DNA of 64,000 nucleotides, taken from NCBI GenBank assembly GCA_964016885.1, contig OZ024743.1, positions 44,516,001 to 44,580,000 on the forward strand, written 5' to 3'. Origin of the DNA: Eledone cirrhosa. Taxonomy: Eukaryota. Each line of letters begins with the position of its first letter. Position 1 is the first letter of the stretch. Below, one piece after another: positions 16,505 to 29,600 of the stretch. The notes under the pieces were generated by a model. The model did not search any database. It was not told the origin of the DNA and saw only the letters and a program-made list of their open reading frames with translations. Made by a program: the position numbers and the translations under genes.

Positions 16505-18926
16505 ATATATATGCATGTGTCTGTGCTCTTTCTACTGATAATATATTCATATATATCCACACCAGCTCGCACCTTGGCAAATATTAGGCAAGAGTTAGTA
16601 GCTACTGCATTTGCAAGGCCAATGCTAGAACAAACACACTATATTTCAGAAGGAGTTTCATGTTTTTTCCTAGGTACAAACCAAATAACGTTGATTTTCT
16701 CATTTATTTACCTTTTCCCGGTGAGTCGAACAAACTCTAGTTATACCTACATGCAATGATCTTACGTTATTTAATATACGCTGTGCTGATTAAAAATATT
16801 TAGAATTTAATGAATTACACCCTATGTGAATGAACATCATCCAAATTCAACAATTTCATCTCCGATGTTAATTTGAACATAAGTTTTCTCCTTATGTGGA
16901 ATAATACTAATTTTAATCTTCTGATGATAGACTAACTAGCTGTGAAAAATATAAACCTAATCTCTTATATTTTCTGTGTGTAAAGAAAATGTTTTCGATT
17001 TCTGTTTTCATTTTCACAGACAGTCTTATAACGTATTGCTATACTTACGTTAAAATCACTTTCACATTTCGTTTTTTTTTTTTCATCCTGAACTTTTACA
17101 GATAAAAGATAGGTGTTTAATAGCAACTTCCAACTCTTTAAACTTCAGGTTCTCGCGTGTACCGAGAAATCGTGATGATAATGATTTCGGTTTGACGAAG
17201 ATCATTATAAAATATCTACACACTTATTTATACAATCGATGAAAGATTTTCATACCATTTCTGACAGGATAAGTAGCCTCAACACATTGTTTTTAGAAAG
17301 AAGTAATAAATATTATTCAATTTATTTTTTCCTACATAAATGCTTAAATCCCGCTCAGATCTCCGCCGGAATAGCAAGAGCAGCCGAAATTCTAAAAATA
17401 GAATAATGAAGAATGATATTGTTAAGTGGGCAAAAACCTTTCGAAATACTGCTTTCTTCAAGAACAATGTTAATGTGTGAAGATATTTGTGATATGAGCA
17501 CTAAATTGAACTTTCTAGCAAAGATTGTTAGATCAGATACGTGATATTAAGAGTTTTTCAGCAAGATTCGTGACTAATATTGCACAAAATATTTTTTCCT
17601 AATGGCAGATCAATGTATGTAGACTAAATAAATCAAATTCTATGTGAGAATATTAATCATTACTACAGCTGTTTTTGTGTGTACATTTAGTGTAAGTGAA
17701 GTAAATATCTTCTGAAAGAAGTGGTTCTATCGAAAGAAAAAAATTATTTTTACATGCTCAGCTCCCAAATGTTATAAAAAGGAATGAATTATCTAAATAT
17801 ATATCTAACCGAAGACGAAGAAAATGTGTATTTTCCCCTGATCTCGAGAACTATATTGCACAAGAGAAGAAAAGCAATTCTCTCTTTAGTATATCACAAT
17901 ATCAAATCAGTAAGTATATTCTTATTTCACCTGTTTTTATATTACCATGCTTCGCAATAGCAAACTCCCATTTCGAACTGATATAAATGTGTTAATACCA
18001 TAATTCCCTTCATTCTATTAGAAAATATTCTATTGTGAACCTGAGAATTATTTGAGAAACGGAGCAAAATCCTAAAAAAAAAATGATATTTAAAGAATTT
18101 TTCTACACACATACATACATTATCTAAACTAGTTTGAAATTCCCGCCATGTACTTAACGCACCAACTACAACCATATCATTCTATTAACAATTTACTCAT
18201 CTCGCTATTGTTTGAAGTATTTTACTTTCTTATTCAATTTCAAATTTATTTATCTGTAATAATTTTGATTTTCTTTTACTCTAGAAAAGTATATATTTAC
18301 AAACCGATATTAATATTCTCAAACTGGCAAGGTTTCAATAAAATAGAATAGGTAGACAAATTGAGCACCTATGCTTTCCTTTGAACAGTATTATGCGTGC
18401 ATAATTACTTATATCGAAATGGCCTCAGCAGAAAACAAACTTCCGTGAAGATTTTAATTCAGTTGTGAGCCATACAGCAAGAAAGAGATATGATTGCCAC
18501 ATCCAATATATCTATCTTAATAGATACATTTATTATTTATTTACCGAATTGATAGAGTAACTTGGTGCTTGATTAAATGTCCCAGTAATTTTTCCGGCTT
18601 GCTGCGCCGCCCTGAATTCAAATGCCACAGAGTTCTACATTGTCTCACATTCATTTGAAATCGATATATAAAGTATTTGTCCAGAGGCGGTGAATTGGTC
18701 CAACTGGTAAATTGTCAGACGTGTTTTGGAGTATCACATCTGGCTCAGTGCATTCTGATTTATATGACAAGAGTTGCAACTGATAAATATTATCAGCAAA
18801 TGTAAAAGCAATGTAAAAGCTGCTTTGTTCGATCTAATTTCCTTTCATATATAAAAAAAATAAACACCGAAAACATCAGAGAAATCAGAAACATTCGCTT
18901 TTCTCTTCTAGTAGTACCTGCTCCAA

Positions 18927-19410
18927 GCGGTTGGTGGATTGGCAGTATCGGTAGAGGGTCAGACACCATGCTTTGACGCATAGAGTTATGCCCCTTGCCA
19001 TTCTGAGTTCAAATCCCGCTGGTGTTAACTTTGCCTTTCATCCTTACGGGGTCGTTAAAATAAAGTTCCAGTAATGGCACTGGGTAATTGCTGGTCTTGT
19101 GCCAAAACTAGAAACAATTATTACCTCTCTCCATCATTATTGGCAGTATCGGTAGAGGGACGGACGCCATGCTTTGCAGCAAAGAGTTACGCCTCATTAC
19201 GGTCTGAGTTCAAATCCCGCCGAGGTTTACTTTGCCTTTCATCCTTATGGGGTCGATAAAATAAAGTACCAGTAACGCACTGAGATAATTGCTGGCCTTG
19301 TACCAAACGTAGAAACAATTATTATCTCTAGGGCGGTGGATTGGCAGTATCGGTAGAGAGTCGGACGCCATGCTCTCCAGCATAGTTATTTCCCTTTACG
19401 GTCTTTGTTC
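18927..19410 (+). mobile_element. Tandem array of about 2.4 family B SINEs
   Basis: TTGGCAGTATCGGTAGAG recurs at about 18939, 19140 and 19341 (period about 201 bp); the two complete units end in GAAACAATTATTA. Confidence 0.85.
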
Positions 19411-20352
19411 CCACAAACTTCACTGTCTACATTGATTCTAAGAATTTCTCTTTTATTAAAGATATAAGTCAAGTAGATACTATTCATCTATGATTTACTG
19501 TTGTTGTCGGAGTCGTTGTCATCACTTGTTTCTTTTTACTGAATACTGTACTGACGTCCCTCCCTCCCCTGTTATTCTTTTTTTGTTTGGACCAACCAAA
19601 CGTCAGTTTTGTTATTAATATTTATATATAAAACCTTGTTGCCATATTTGCATTTGCCCGTCCAAGAGACAGACGTAAAATGGAAATGCCAGGTATAAAA
19701 CTGTGATCACAGCATCAGCAACTAGGTTGTAAAGTTCAGCGTATCTTGTTAACTGTTTGCTATCAGCTGGATAAATCAGAACAATGTTATCAATACGTAT
19801 ATTTTTTTCTATTATTCCAGTCAATTGTTTTTAGAAAGAGCCACACTACAGAAGTTGAATTGACTTTTGTCTCTTCGCCAGAATATTGGAAATATAGTTT
19901 TAATTTCTAAACAAAATGACTATATCAATAAACTAAGAACTGAATCAGTGTTTTATATTATGGTTCCCAGTAAAAACACACTCTCAGATAAAATGTATAT
20001 CCATATCTCTTTTAAGTTGGTCTCATAGCTTAACAACTTACAATAATTATGGCTCCAGGGGGAACATTTTAAAATATTATATATCAGAATGTTACCAAGA
20101 TATGGAATAGAATGGAGATCCAGCGGAATCGATGATGAGGGCTCCTATTTTTCCATCAATGGAACAACCTACTCGTGAAATTATTTGGAAGTAACTAGGC
20201 ATTCAACACAGACGTGCATATTTAACATGATTTACCAGAAGATTCACTGTAACACAGTATGTAACATGGCGCCCTCTTCGAATAAGAGGCACAGTCCATT
20301 CGACGGGCTTCCAAATATTGTCCTCCTACCCTTGTTCACAGACGAAGCTTAG

Positions 20353-20440
20353 GCTAAGAAGTTTGCTAAGCACTCATGTCAATTAATCATGATATCAAAT
20401 AGTAGTATTGATGTCATGAGTGCTTAGCAAACTTCTTAGC
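20353..20440. repeat. Perfect 26-bp inverted repeat
   Basis: GCTAAGAAGTTTGCTAAGCACTCATG ... CATGAGTGCTTAGCAAACTTCTTAGC. Confidence 0.9.
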
Positions 20441-20503
20441 ACTTTATCTATGCTGCGCCCATTAACATAAAATAATAAGGGAAGTATGGTGAGTAATCTT
20501 TGA

Positions 20504-20830
20504 TCATGAAAGACCACACAATTCTTTAATCATTACATGGTAGCATTGGCCTTGGATTTTAAATGTTGTGAAATAAACATAGTCAGTATCATTTTTTTCA
20601 GCTCCAAAAGACATCATCTGAAATGCAGTAATATACTGCATAACATTGCTTCTGAAGTGTTTAGCTTCTTTAGTACGGTCTGTAATCAGTATATGGATAA
20701 AAGCTGGAGGGTCCTCTATCAGTGGAAGTCTGACCTTTCCTCCTACGCAACACATGCCAAGTGTAATATCCATGCTACCAATCGTGACTTTAGGTTCATT
20801 TCTATAATTCTTCGATGATCATTTGAAAAC
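20504..20830 (-). mobile_element. Helitron RepHel N-terminal remnant
   Basis: MCCVGGKVRLP..EDPP....L......KHFRSN..QY..AFQMMSFGA...TFKIQGQCYH matches the Helitron Rep N-terminal signature. Confidence 0.85.
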
Positions 20831-21225
20831 GCAGTTCTTAGTCAGTTTATTCTGCCTTGAAGAGTCGTTTGTGCTCGTCCAGTGAGCATCGTAAATGCCA
20901 TTGATTTTTGATGATTTTCATACTGAACCTCTGTTTGATACGATAGTCTTTCTTCTTGCCTTAATATTTCTGTTTCCTGTCTCAGGTTATGTACACTTTC
21001 AGAAAGTTGCGATCGTCTTTCTTGTTGTCTTACCCTTTATGTTTCTCGTCTCATATAGTGAATTAGGTCAATTATATCATGACACTATCCGCAAAAAGCT
21101 AAATTAATATACACCATAGATTAATTTAAAATAGCAATTTTCTCCGTGTTCTGTAAAATCAAATCTGGTGTTAAACATTCAACTGATAATTATAGTTTAA
21201 GCCGATTCTAGACTTTTGTGGGACG

Positions 21226-21280
<55 letters not shown>

Positions 21281-21424
21281 AGATGTGTGTGTGCGTGTGT
21301 GTCTGTGTGTCTGTGTGTATGTATGTTCGTTATGTTAGTCATCACAGAAATGTATGTATACTCACACAAACATACACTCTCACATACCACATACGCTCAT
21401 AAACATATACTTGTCAATAAACAC

Positions 21425-21492
<68 letters not shown>

Positions 21493-21903
21493 ATGTGTGT
21501 GTGTGGGGGGGGGGGTGTAAATGTATGTGTGTGTATTTGTTTCTCTGTGTATCTGATTATATATTTACGGGAAGATATGTGTGTATGCAACTTACTAAGG
21601 CCTAATGTACGTAACGAACGCGCATATACAGACACAATCACAGACACATACAACTCATATAATATGTGAGGCCGTCGTCGTCTTGTTCTAAGATATCCGA
21701 TGACTATAGTAGATTATTTAAGATAGAATGTTATATTGTTTTAATCCAAATGACAATAAAATGGCATGTTGTTAATCCCCGGGTCGAATGGTATTACCTT
21801 GTAAAATTTGATTTGATTTATCAAGCGGTTTGAGTGCATAAGGAAAATACAGACAGAGTGAGAGACGAAGAATTATGTATATATATATATATATATATAT
21901 ATG

Positions 21904-24503
21904 TTTGAAAAAAAGGAAAAATTGACTTCACTTGTAGTGTTAAATAATTTGATTTAATTTTATAATATTATAATATTATGAGTTGGTAGATCTAGTAAGT
22001 TCTTTCTTAACTTCGGTGGGAAGAATTTAAAAAATTCCTGGTTAACTTTGTTGGAGAACTTTCTCGCATTCGTCTGTGGCGATTGCCAAGCTGAGATCAA
22101 GTTGCGTTTAGATGTATGACTATATATAAGAGAGATTTGGATGTGCCTGGGTGTGGGGTGTGGTGTTAATTAGTGTTGATGAAGATTTGAAGGAATTAAA
22201 GCATACACATATACACGCACGCACACGCACACGCACACACACAAACATATATACACTCAGAAAATAGTGAGGTTGACATCAAGATAAGGGCGTTTGGGAA
22301 GGTGGTTGTAAACATTAGTTGACCTTTGATGAGTATATAATGGCAGGGTGTTTTTCAAATTCGTTTCTAATAGCTGAATCAACTCTCTTAAATTTATAAA
22401 GAATATCTTCTACAAATTTCTATATCAAAGATGAATTTAGGTGGCGTTGGGTTTTAATGAGGTGTAACATACACGTCTTTTGATAAGAATGGGATGACAG
22501 TAAAAGACGCACAAATTATATATAGTAGACGCCAAGCACCCAATGTAAAGAAACTACTTACCAAGACAAAATATACGTCTAATAATGAAGCAAGGAAAGT
22601 CAAGAAATGCGGAGATCCTCGTTGCGGGACTTGCGAACACATTGAAAAGGGTGGACAAATCTCATTTAAAAACAACCAGTCTTTCACAGTTAATTCAAAC
22701 ATGAATTGCAAATCCCAAAACTTGATTTACTGTGCAACCTGCCCACAATGTAAAGAATACTACATTGGTGAAACCGGAACGGGTCTACATAGAGTTCGAG
22801 TACATAAACAACAAATTAGAGACCCTTCTGTCAGAAACGCCACATGCAGTGGATACTTCGCAACATGCGGAAAGGGAAATTTCACAATGTTCCCCTTCTG
22901 TAAGATATGGTCGGACAACGAACATTTCCGAAAATATAAAGAAGAATTCTTTATTAGAAAAATACAAACGACTACTGAACACAACACAGTGATATTCCAT
23001 CTTCAAGTAACGGGATTCTGCCTCTCTTTTCTTTAAAATAATCTCATATAAAAAAAATCTCATATTGAAAAAGAAAAATAGTTGATGGCACCCGTACTTT
23101 CAAACAATCGATGGCTGAAGAGAAGAAAAACCCTCAGAGGTACAATAACATTTCATTAATTCCGCCTTCCCCACACCAATGTATTTGTGAATTTAAACAC
23201 TTGAGTAGATGTGTGTACATATATGTATGTATAGATGTGTTTTTTATATATATATGTCTGTAGGTATACAGATATGTGTGTACATGTTTATATACATGTG
23301 TGCATATGTGTGTGTGTATATATGTGTATGTATACACGTGCGTATGTGTGATATATATATATGTGTGTGCGTGTATATGTGTGTATATATGTGTATGTAT
23401 ATATATATATATATGTGGTTGTATATATATGTGTTTATGTATATATGTATATATATATATATGTATGTACATGTCTGTGTCGGTGTATGCATGTGTGTGT
23501 GTGTATATATATATATATGTGTGTGGGGGTGTATATATATGTGTGTGCGTATGTGTATATATATGCGTATGCATGTGTGCGTATATATGTGTATGTGTGT
23601 GGGTATATATATATGCGTATGTATGTGTGTGTGAGTATGCGTGTGTGTATATATATATGTGGCGGGGGGCTTGATATGTGTGTGTATGTGTGTGTGTATG
23701 TAATATATATGGACTGTAAATATATTTACATATAGGGAAGTGAATATTTGAGCTAGAATGCCCCACCCCTCCCTCCCACCCACAATTCCTCTCCAAAACC
23801 AATATCAACAACACATCTTTGACAAATGTTCCAAAACTATCCTTGTTTTCTCTTTTTACTGTCATCCCATTCTTATCAAAAGACATGTATCTTACACCTC
23901 ATTAAAACTCCGACACGCACTTAAATTCATCTTTGATATAGAAATCTGTAAAAGACATTGTTTATAAATTTAAGAAAGTTGATTCAGCTATAAGAAACGA
24001 ATTTGAAAAACACCCTGCCATTATATACTCATCAAAGGTCAACTAATGAAATAAAACCAGCATGAGGAGATATTTACAACCACCTTCCCAAACGCCCTTA
24101 TCTTGATGTCAACCTCACCATTTTCTGAGTGTATATATATGTGTATGTGTGTGTGTGTGTGTATGCTTTAATTCCTTCAAATCATCCTCAACACTCATTA
24201 AAATCACACCCACACCGCAGAGATATCCAAATCTCTCTTATATACAGTCACACAGCTCAACACAACCTGATCTCAATTTGACAATATCCACCGATGAATG
24301 CGAGAAAGTTCTCCTACAGAGTTAACCAGGAATCTTTAAAATTCTTCCCACTGAAGTTAAGAAAGAACTTACTAGATCTACCAACTCATAATATTATAAT
24401 ATTATAAAATTAAATCAAATTATTTAACACTACAACTGAAGTCATTCTTTTCCTTTTTTTTCAAATATAACTAACTGAAGCAAGGATCTCACACATTTTC
24501 CAA
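21904..24503 (+). mobile_element. Neptune-like PLE 3' fragment (GIY-YIG) with a 600-bp inverted 5' copy
   Basis: ORF 22494-23036: RRQAPNVKKLL, CGDPRCGTC, MNCKSQNLIYCATCPQCKEYYIGETG..R..VH. Segment 21904-22507 is an inverted copy of about 23852-24465. Confidence 0.88.
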
Positions 24504-24525
24504 TATATATATATATATATATATA

Positions 24526-24708
24526 ACGAAGGAAATGTGGTAAGGAACCAGGTGCACCATAACGCACCAAAGTACTCAATACTTAGGGTAGTAGAGTGGG
24601 TAATAGGAACAAGTAAGACCCCGACGGCTGAGCTCAAGCCGTTTCGACGGCTAATTCTGAATTAGCCGTCGAAACGGCTTGAGCTCAGCCGTCGGGGTCT
24701 TACTTGTT

Positions 24709-24713
<5 letters not shown>
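24526..24713 (-). mobile_element. PLE 3'-end fragment with a perfect fold-back containing the 3' half of a hammerhead
   Basis: Palindrome 24603-24713 (55-bp arms, 1-nt spacer). GAAACGGCT-TGAGCTC-AGCCGTC forms stem III plus a GUC site. The terminal motif is shared with 40421-40465 and 40530-40576. Confidence 0.7.
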
Positions 24714-24761
<48 letters not shown>

Positions 24762-25140
24762 AAAGTTAGAATTTGGTTTTCATACAGACTTAAGACACCT
24801 AATTAAAATCAGTCGCCTATGAAACCCTCGTACACAAACAATCATACACAAACAATCTCGTATTATACACAAGTAAACTAGTTCTACCATTACTACCTTG
24901 ACCTATATAAAGCTACAGATGAACAGCTGAATCCACCATCAAATGAAGCAACGAAGCTGTATCTTGTGACTGCAATTTTCTAGCTGGAAAATTAAATTTA
25001 CACTCTACCTACCAATATTGAACGTTCGATCAATCAATATTTTAATTTTTTTTTAATACTATGTTGGTTTAAACGCACATTCTAATATCAATATTAATAT
25101 AGATATACATATATATATGTATTCTTGAGTTTTATATTGA

Positions 25141-25415
25141 ATAATAATAATTGTTTCTACTTTTGGCATAGGGCCAGCAATTATCCCAGTGCATTACTGG
25201 TACTTTATTTTATCGACCCCGTAAGGATGAAAAGCAAAGTTAACCTCGATGGGATTTGAACTCAGACCGTAAAGGGACGTAACTATGCTGGAAAGCACGG
25301 CGACCGACCCTCTACCGATACTGCCAATTCACCGAATAATAATAATTGTTTCTACTTTTGGCACAAGGCCAGCAATTACCAAGTACATTATGGTACTTTA
25401 TTTTATCGACCCCGT
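25141..25415 (-). mobile_element. Tandem family B SINEs (one full, one 3' half)
   Basis: Reverse complement of family B; both copies have (TTA)n tails. Confidence 0.8.
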
Positions 25416-26602
25416 AATCCTTTTGTTCTCGCGGTGACAGAGAGACAACCAACAGCGTTGTTTCTTGGTCACTGTCCTTTATGTAATTCTTTCTGTCACT
25501 CACTAGAACTCTAGCATGCTGATTAGCGTTAATTGCATACTGAGCAAATATACGGCGAATTATTGAAAGAAGCTTCATCACAGGTCTAAAGCAGATTCAG
25601 AAAATTTTGTTTATTTTCCATATTCCGCAACATTTTTATAGTCATACCATTTCACTTGATCTTAAAAGCTACAGTAAGCTATTGTTTAGTATGAATTCTC
25701 TACGGATAGCAATATTTCTTCAGGTTCTCTTTGACGACTCTTCTGTGAGTTTCTGTAAAGAGACCCACGGATTGTCTTCTCTTGAGCAGCTCTATTCAAC
25801 AGACTCTCGAAACATATCAATAATTTCCTGTGTATGTTTTCTTGTAAGTCCAGAATGTGTAGGACGTTCCTCAAACATTGTTCTCCATACAGTAACGGTT
25901 AAACTCACTTGTAATAATTATTTACACATATCTCATGTGTAACAGACTTCTCTTTGTGTAATATATTTGTATTTCAGCTCAGAAGAAAATTCTCTATTCT
26001 TCTTTGAGCTAATATTATTATTATTATTACTGTGAACTGCGGAATACTCTTAATTCCGATCCTCGTATACTTAACGAGCTCCAAATTGTTGAGCCAATAA
26101 ATTCGAATGGTTGGGCTGGTCTCTCTAGCATTTTCCCCAATCCATGAGAGCCGTTATTTGATGCAAATAACACGTGATTTCGCCCTACTCTGGGCAGCGT
26201 GTATATTAGCTTTCTCTCTATCCATGAGGTTAGATGTGTCGTGAACAGAATCCACATTTGCTGAATGAGGAACCTGTCGGCTGTTAAACTGCACATTTCT
26301 GAGGCGAAACGAACTAGATTCGTATCAGCAAACTTATAGTTATAAGGTTGGTAATTTAAAACTCTACTTCACAGATTTGATTCTGACTTAGTTTTTTTCT
26401 ATTTAATTGGTAACCTGTGGGTATTGTTCTCCATACAGTATCGGTTAAACTCACTTTTTGAGTATATGTTGGTTGTATACCAACACCTCAGTATGCAGGC
26501 TGGAGCACTCAACGAAGTGCGCAGGTTGGTTTGGTTACTCCGGATTAATGTAACATAAAGTTAAATAAAAAGTCAAATGTTTAAAATTTAGCTTCGTTTA
26601 TT

Positions 26603-26657
26603 ACTGCTATATATATTTCAGTGACAGCCATCTTTGGCTGTGACCTCTTCAGGCAGT
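26603..26657 (-). ncRNA. Type I hammerhead ribozyme, intact core
   Basis: ACUGC CUGAAGA GGU-C-ACAGCCA AAGA UGGCUGU-C-ACU GAAA U[AUAU]A UA GCAGU. Confidence 0.88.
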
Positions 26658-29600
26658 CCGAATTAGTGTGGTATAGACAAGTACATATGTTGTTGAGGTG
26701 CATAATTTTGTCAATACTCTGATATGTCCAGTTCCTGGTTAGGTTGTTATTTCTCTGAGGAACTGGAATCATATGAATTCAAACAAACGAATTTCAGTGT
26801 CAAAGGGCCACTTCTCCTCTCATTGGTCAATTGTTAGAACATTCCTCATTCTAAGTGTTGTATTTGTTGTAGTTAGCTTAAAAAATTGATAAAGTGGTAG
26901 AAGGAACAAGGTGGTAAAGGAACAAAATAACAAAAAAAAGTGTCAAACTTCCCATTGGTCAGTTTTGAGAGCATTCCTCAGTCAGAAGTCTATAGAATTC
27001 TTTCTGGGGTGAGGCTCCCTGTAGTGTTTGTATTTGCTATTGTTAAGTACATTTGCCCTCTACCATTATTTCGGTAGTGTTGTTGGTGTTGTGGTCAGCT
27101 TATGTCTTGCTGCTGCTGACAATTTAGAAGTATCTGTGTGTGTTTTTTCTTCATCCCTCCTGCCACCATCTCTCATAGTGGTGGTGGTTTCTTCCATGTA
27201 TATGAAGAAATATAAGGCAATGAATGAAGAAAACAGAAAATAAATAATATATAGGGAATAAAGAATAAAGAATAAAGAATAAATGAAAAATTGGTGAAAA
27301 AGTAATGAAAATGAATATGGAGAAGTGAAAAGTAAAATGAAGATTCAAATAAAGTAGGATAAAGTGTGTGTGCTATAACCAATCTCAAAGTCAGAAATAA
27401 GTTGAATAGATTGGTAAGATGTTAAAATAAGATAATCAAACAAAATGTGTTTGTGTTATAATCAATCTCAACTTAAAAATAAATATAAGGTGATACAGTG
27501 AAGAGGGCAGAAAACAAATAACAAATTAATAAAGAGAAATCAAGATTTAAAATTGGAACTTGAAAATCAGAAATCAAGTAAATTAAAATGTGTTTGTGTT
27601 ATATAGATGTTGGCCAAATTATAATGGCTGTGTCCGATTCAATCTCTAGGCTATCATGGTGTCTGCTAAGCCTGGGTTGTTCCCTATGGCTTGAGGGGTA
27701 TTCACAACCTAGGATGTTGTTACTGCCCATATAGCTTGAGGGAGGACTGGCCGAGAGGTATTTACATGTTCTGTCGAAGTCCCTATAGCTTGAGGGGAGT
27801 TCACATCTTCTTGTATTGCTACTGTCCATATATCTTGAGGAAGGTCCCGGCTCTAAGTATCCACCTCTTAGTATCTCGAGGGTCTCGTTCAGGCATAGTT
27901 TGCATATGCAATATCCCCGTTTATCGCGTGGTACTTTCCTGATTATGTACCAGGCCAGAGAGTACGGGGTCCTGTCCAGCTTAACCTTCCAGATCAGGTC
28001 GGAGAGAGTCGTGCTCTTCCTTTTGGCCTCCTTATTGAATGAATGGCGATGGTTGTACCAGTGGTCTTTAAAGCTCGTTGATGTGGCTCCTATGTAGAGG
28101 TGTTCGGAGTTGGGGGTTTTAACCCTACAACCGTATACTAGGTTCTTCTTTAGGTATTCATTACCAAGGGGGCATGATTCGGGGTTTCTGCAGTTGCAGA
28201 GGGTGGTCGACCTCTGCCTGCCTAGATTAGGGTTCCCGTTATGTGTTATATGTTGGTCTTCCCCCAGGCACGGTGGGGGCTCCCCGGGTCTGTTTGGGTT
28301 TCTTGGGTGGGCTTTGGGTGCCCCCTTCCCCCCTTTCATATGGTTCTGCTGAGTGCTTGTATTGCCATCTTCTGGTTGTGTGTGGTTTTTAAGCCTACTC
28401 CTGTTGATGCTAGCTATGTGTTGGGCCAGATTTCTCGTGGTGGAATACGAGAGCTTCACAGTGTGTCTGTTGAAGATCCAGTGGTCCCTTGGGAAGCATT
28501 TATATTGTCATGCAATGGTCATGCACGGGAGAAGTAATAGAATGGTTTAAGATACTGCATGAGAAAAGTAGGACCAACTTTATACAACTGGACATCGCAA
28601 GCTACTACTCCTCAATCTCACCCATAGTACTTAATAAGGCCCTATTTTTAGCGATGGCCAATACGGATCTAAACCGAGAGGAGGTGAGCATCATCCACGC
28701 CGCAAGAAAGACTTAATCCGTTTCGATGGAGACATTTGGAGCAGGAGTGATTGGCCAAATAACTTTAACATCACGATGGGCTCCAGCGACTCAGCACAGG
28801 TAACGGACCTGTTTGGGCTCTACGTGCTGAAGCAGATAAAAGATGAAATCCCCTGCCTGGGCGGCGGATTATATCGTGACGATGCTCTATTCACAGTATA
28901 TGACCACAGCACCAATATGTTGGAGGGAATGAGGAGGTGTATTCGCCATTTCTTTAAGAACCAGGGGCTAAGTATAGAAATAGACCCAAATAGGAAGGTA
29001 GTTATCTTCCTAGACACCACCCTAAACCTGAACACCAAACAATACTACCCCTACCACAAGCCCAACGAGAAACTCGTATATGTTAACGCCAAATCAAACC
29101 ACCCTAGATCCATAACCAAGGCAGTGGTGAAGAGTGTCTCCGACAGGATCTCCAGCCTGTCCGCAAGTAAGGAAATATTCAATAACCACGCGGAATATTA
29201 CAACGCAGCTCTAAATTAGGCGGCACATGGCCAAAATATAACGTATAGTCTGAAACGCCGGGATGGGGATAGCCCAACATACACCCACACCAGCGTTTCC
29301 CGGGGGGGGGACCCTAACAATGCAAGCAGAGCAAAAACAAATAGGCACCATGTGCCCTACACCACCACACGGGCGGTGGTGACTAGTAAGCTTAACCACG
29401 AGATGAAACACAATATGCGTAACAGTCTCAGGGGTGACGCTAACCACCCCAGGACCGACGACCCCACCCGGAAGACACGTAGGGGGGCCACCCCACGATA
29501 GATCTCCCAGCGCGGGCAACGACCACCCCACAGATTCGAGCCGTGAAGATAACAAAAAGCATAGCGCCCAAAGGGGAAGCAACAGTGCGGGAACCACCAG

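Noticed and set aside
16915-16970. CTGATGA-T...T-GAAA hammerhead-like motif
   Set aside because: No convincing stem I or III and no element context.
15000-18900. Possible host-gene exons in the repeat-poor stretch
   Set aside because: No recognisable protein motif or consistent splice-bounded frame; small exons cannot be excluded by eye.
18927-19410. CRISPR-like regularly spaced repeats or real tRNA genes
   Set aside because: The whole 200-bp unit is repeated and is a SINE; there is no complete cloverleaf and the context is eukaryotic.
25420-26550. Possible old LINE RT remnant on the minus strand (KFADT-like)
   Set aside because: Too degenerate to assign without a profile search.
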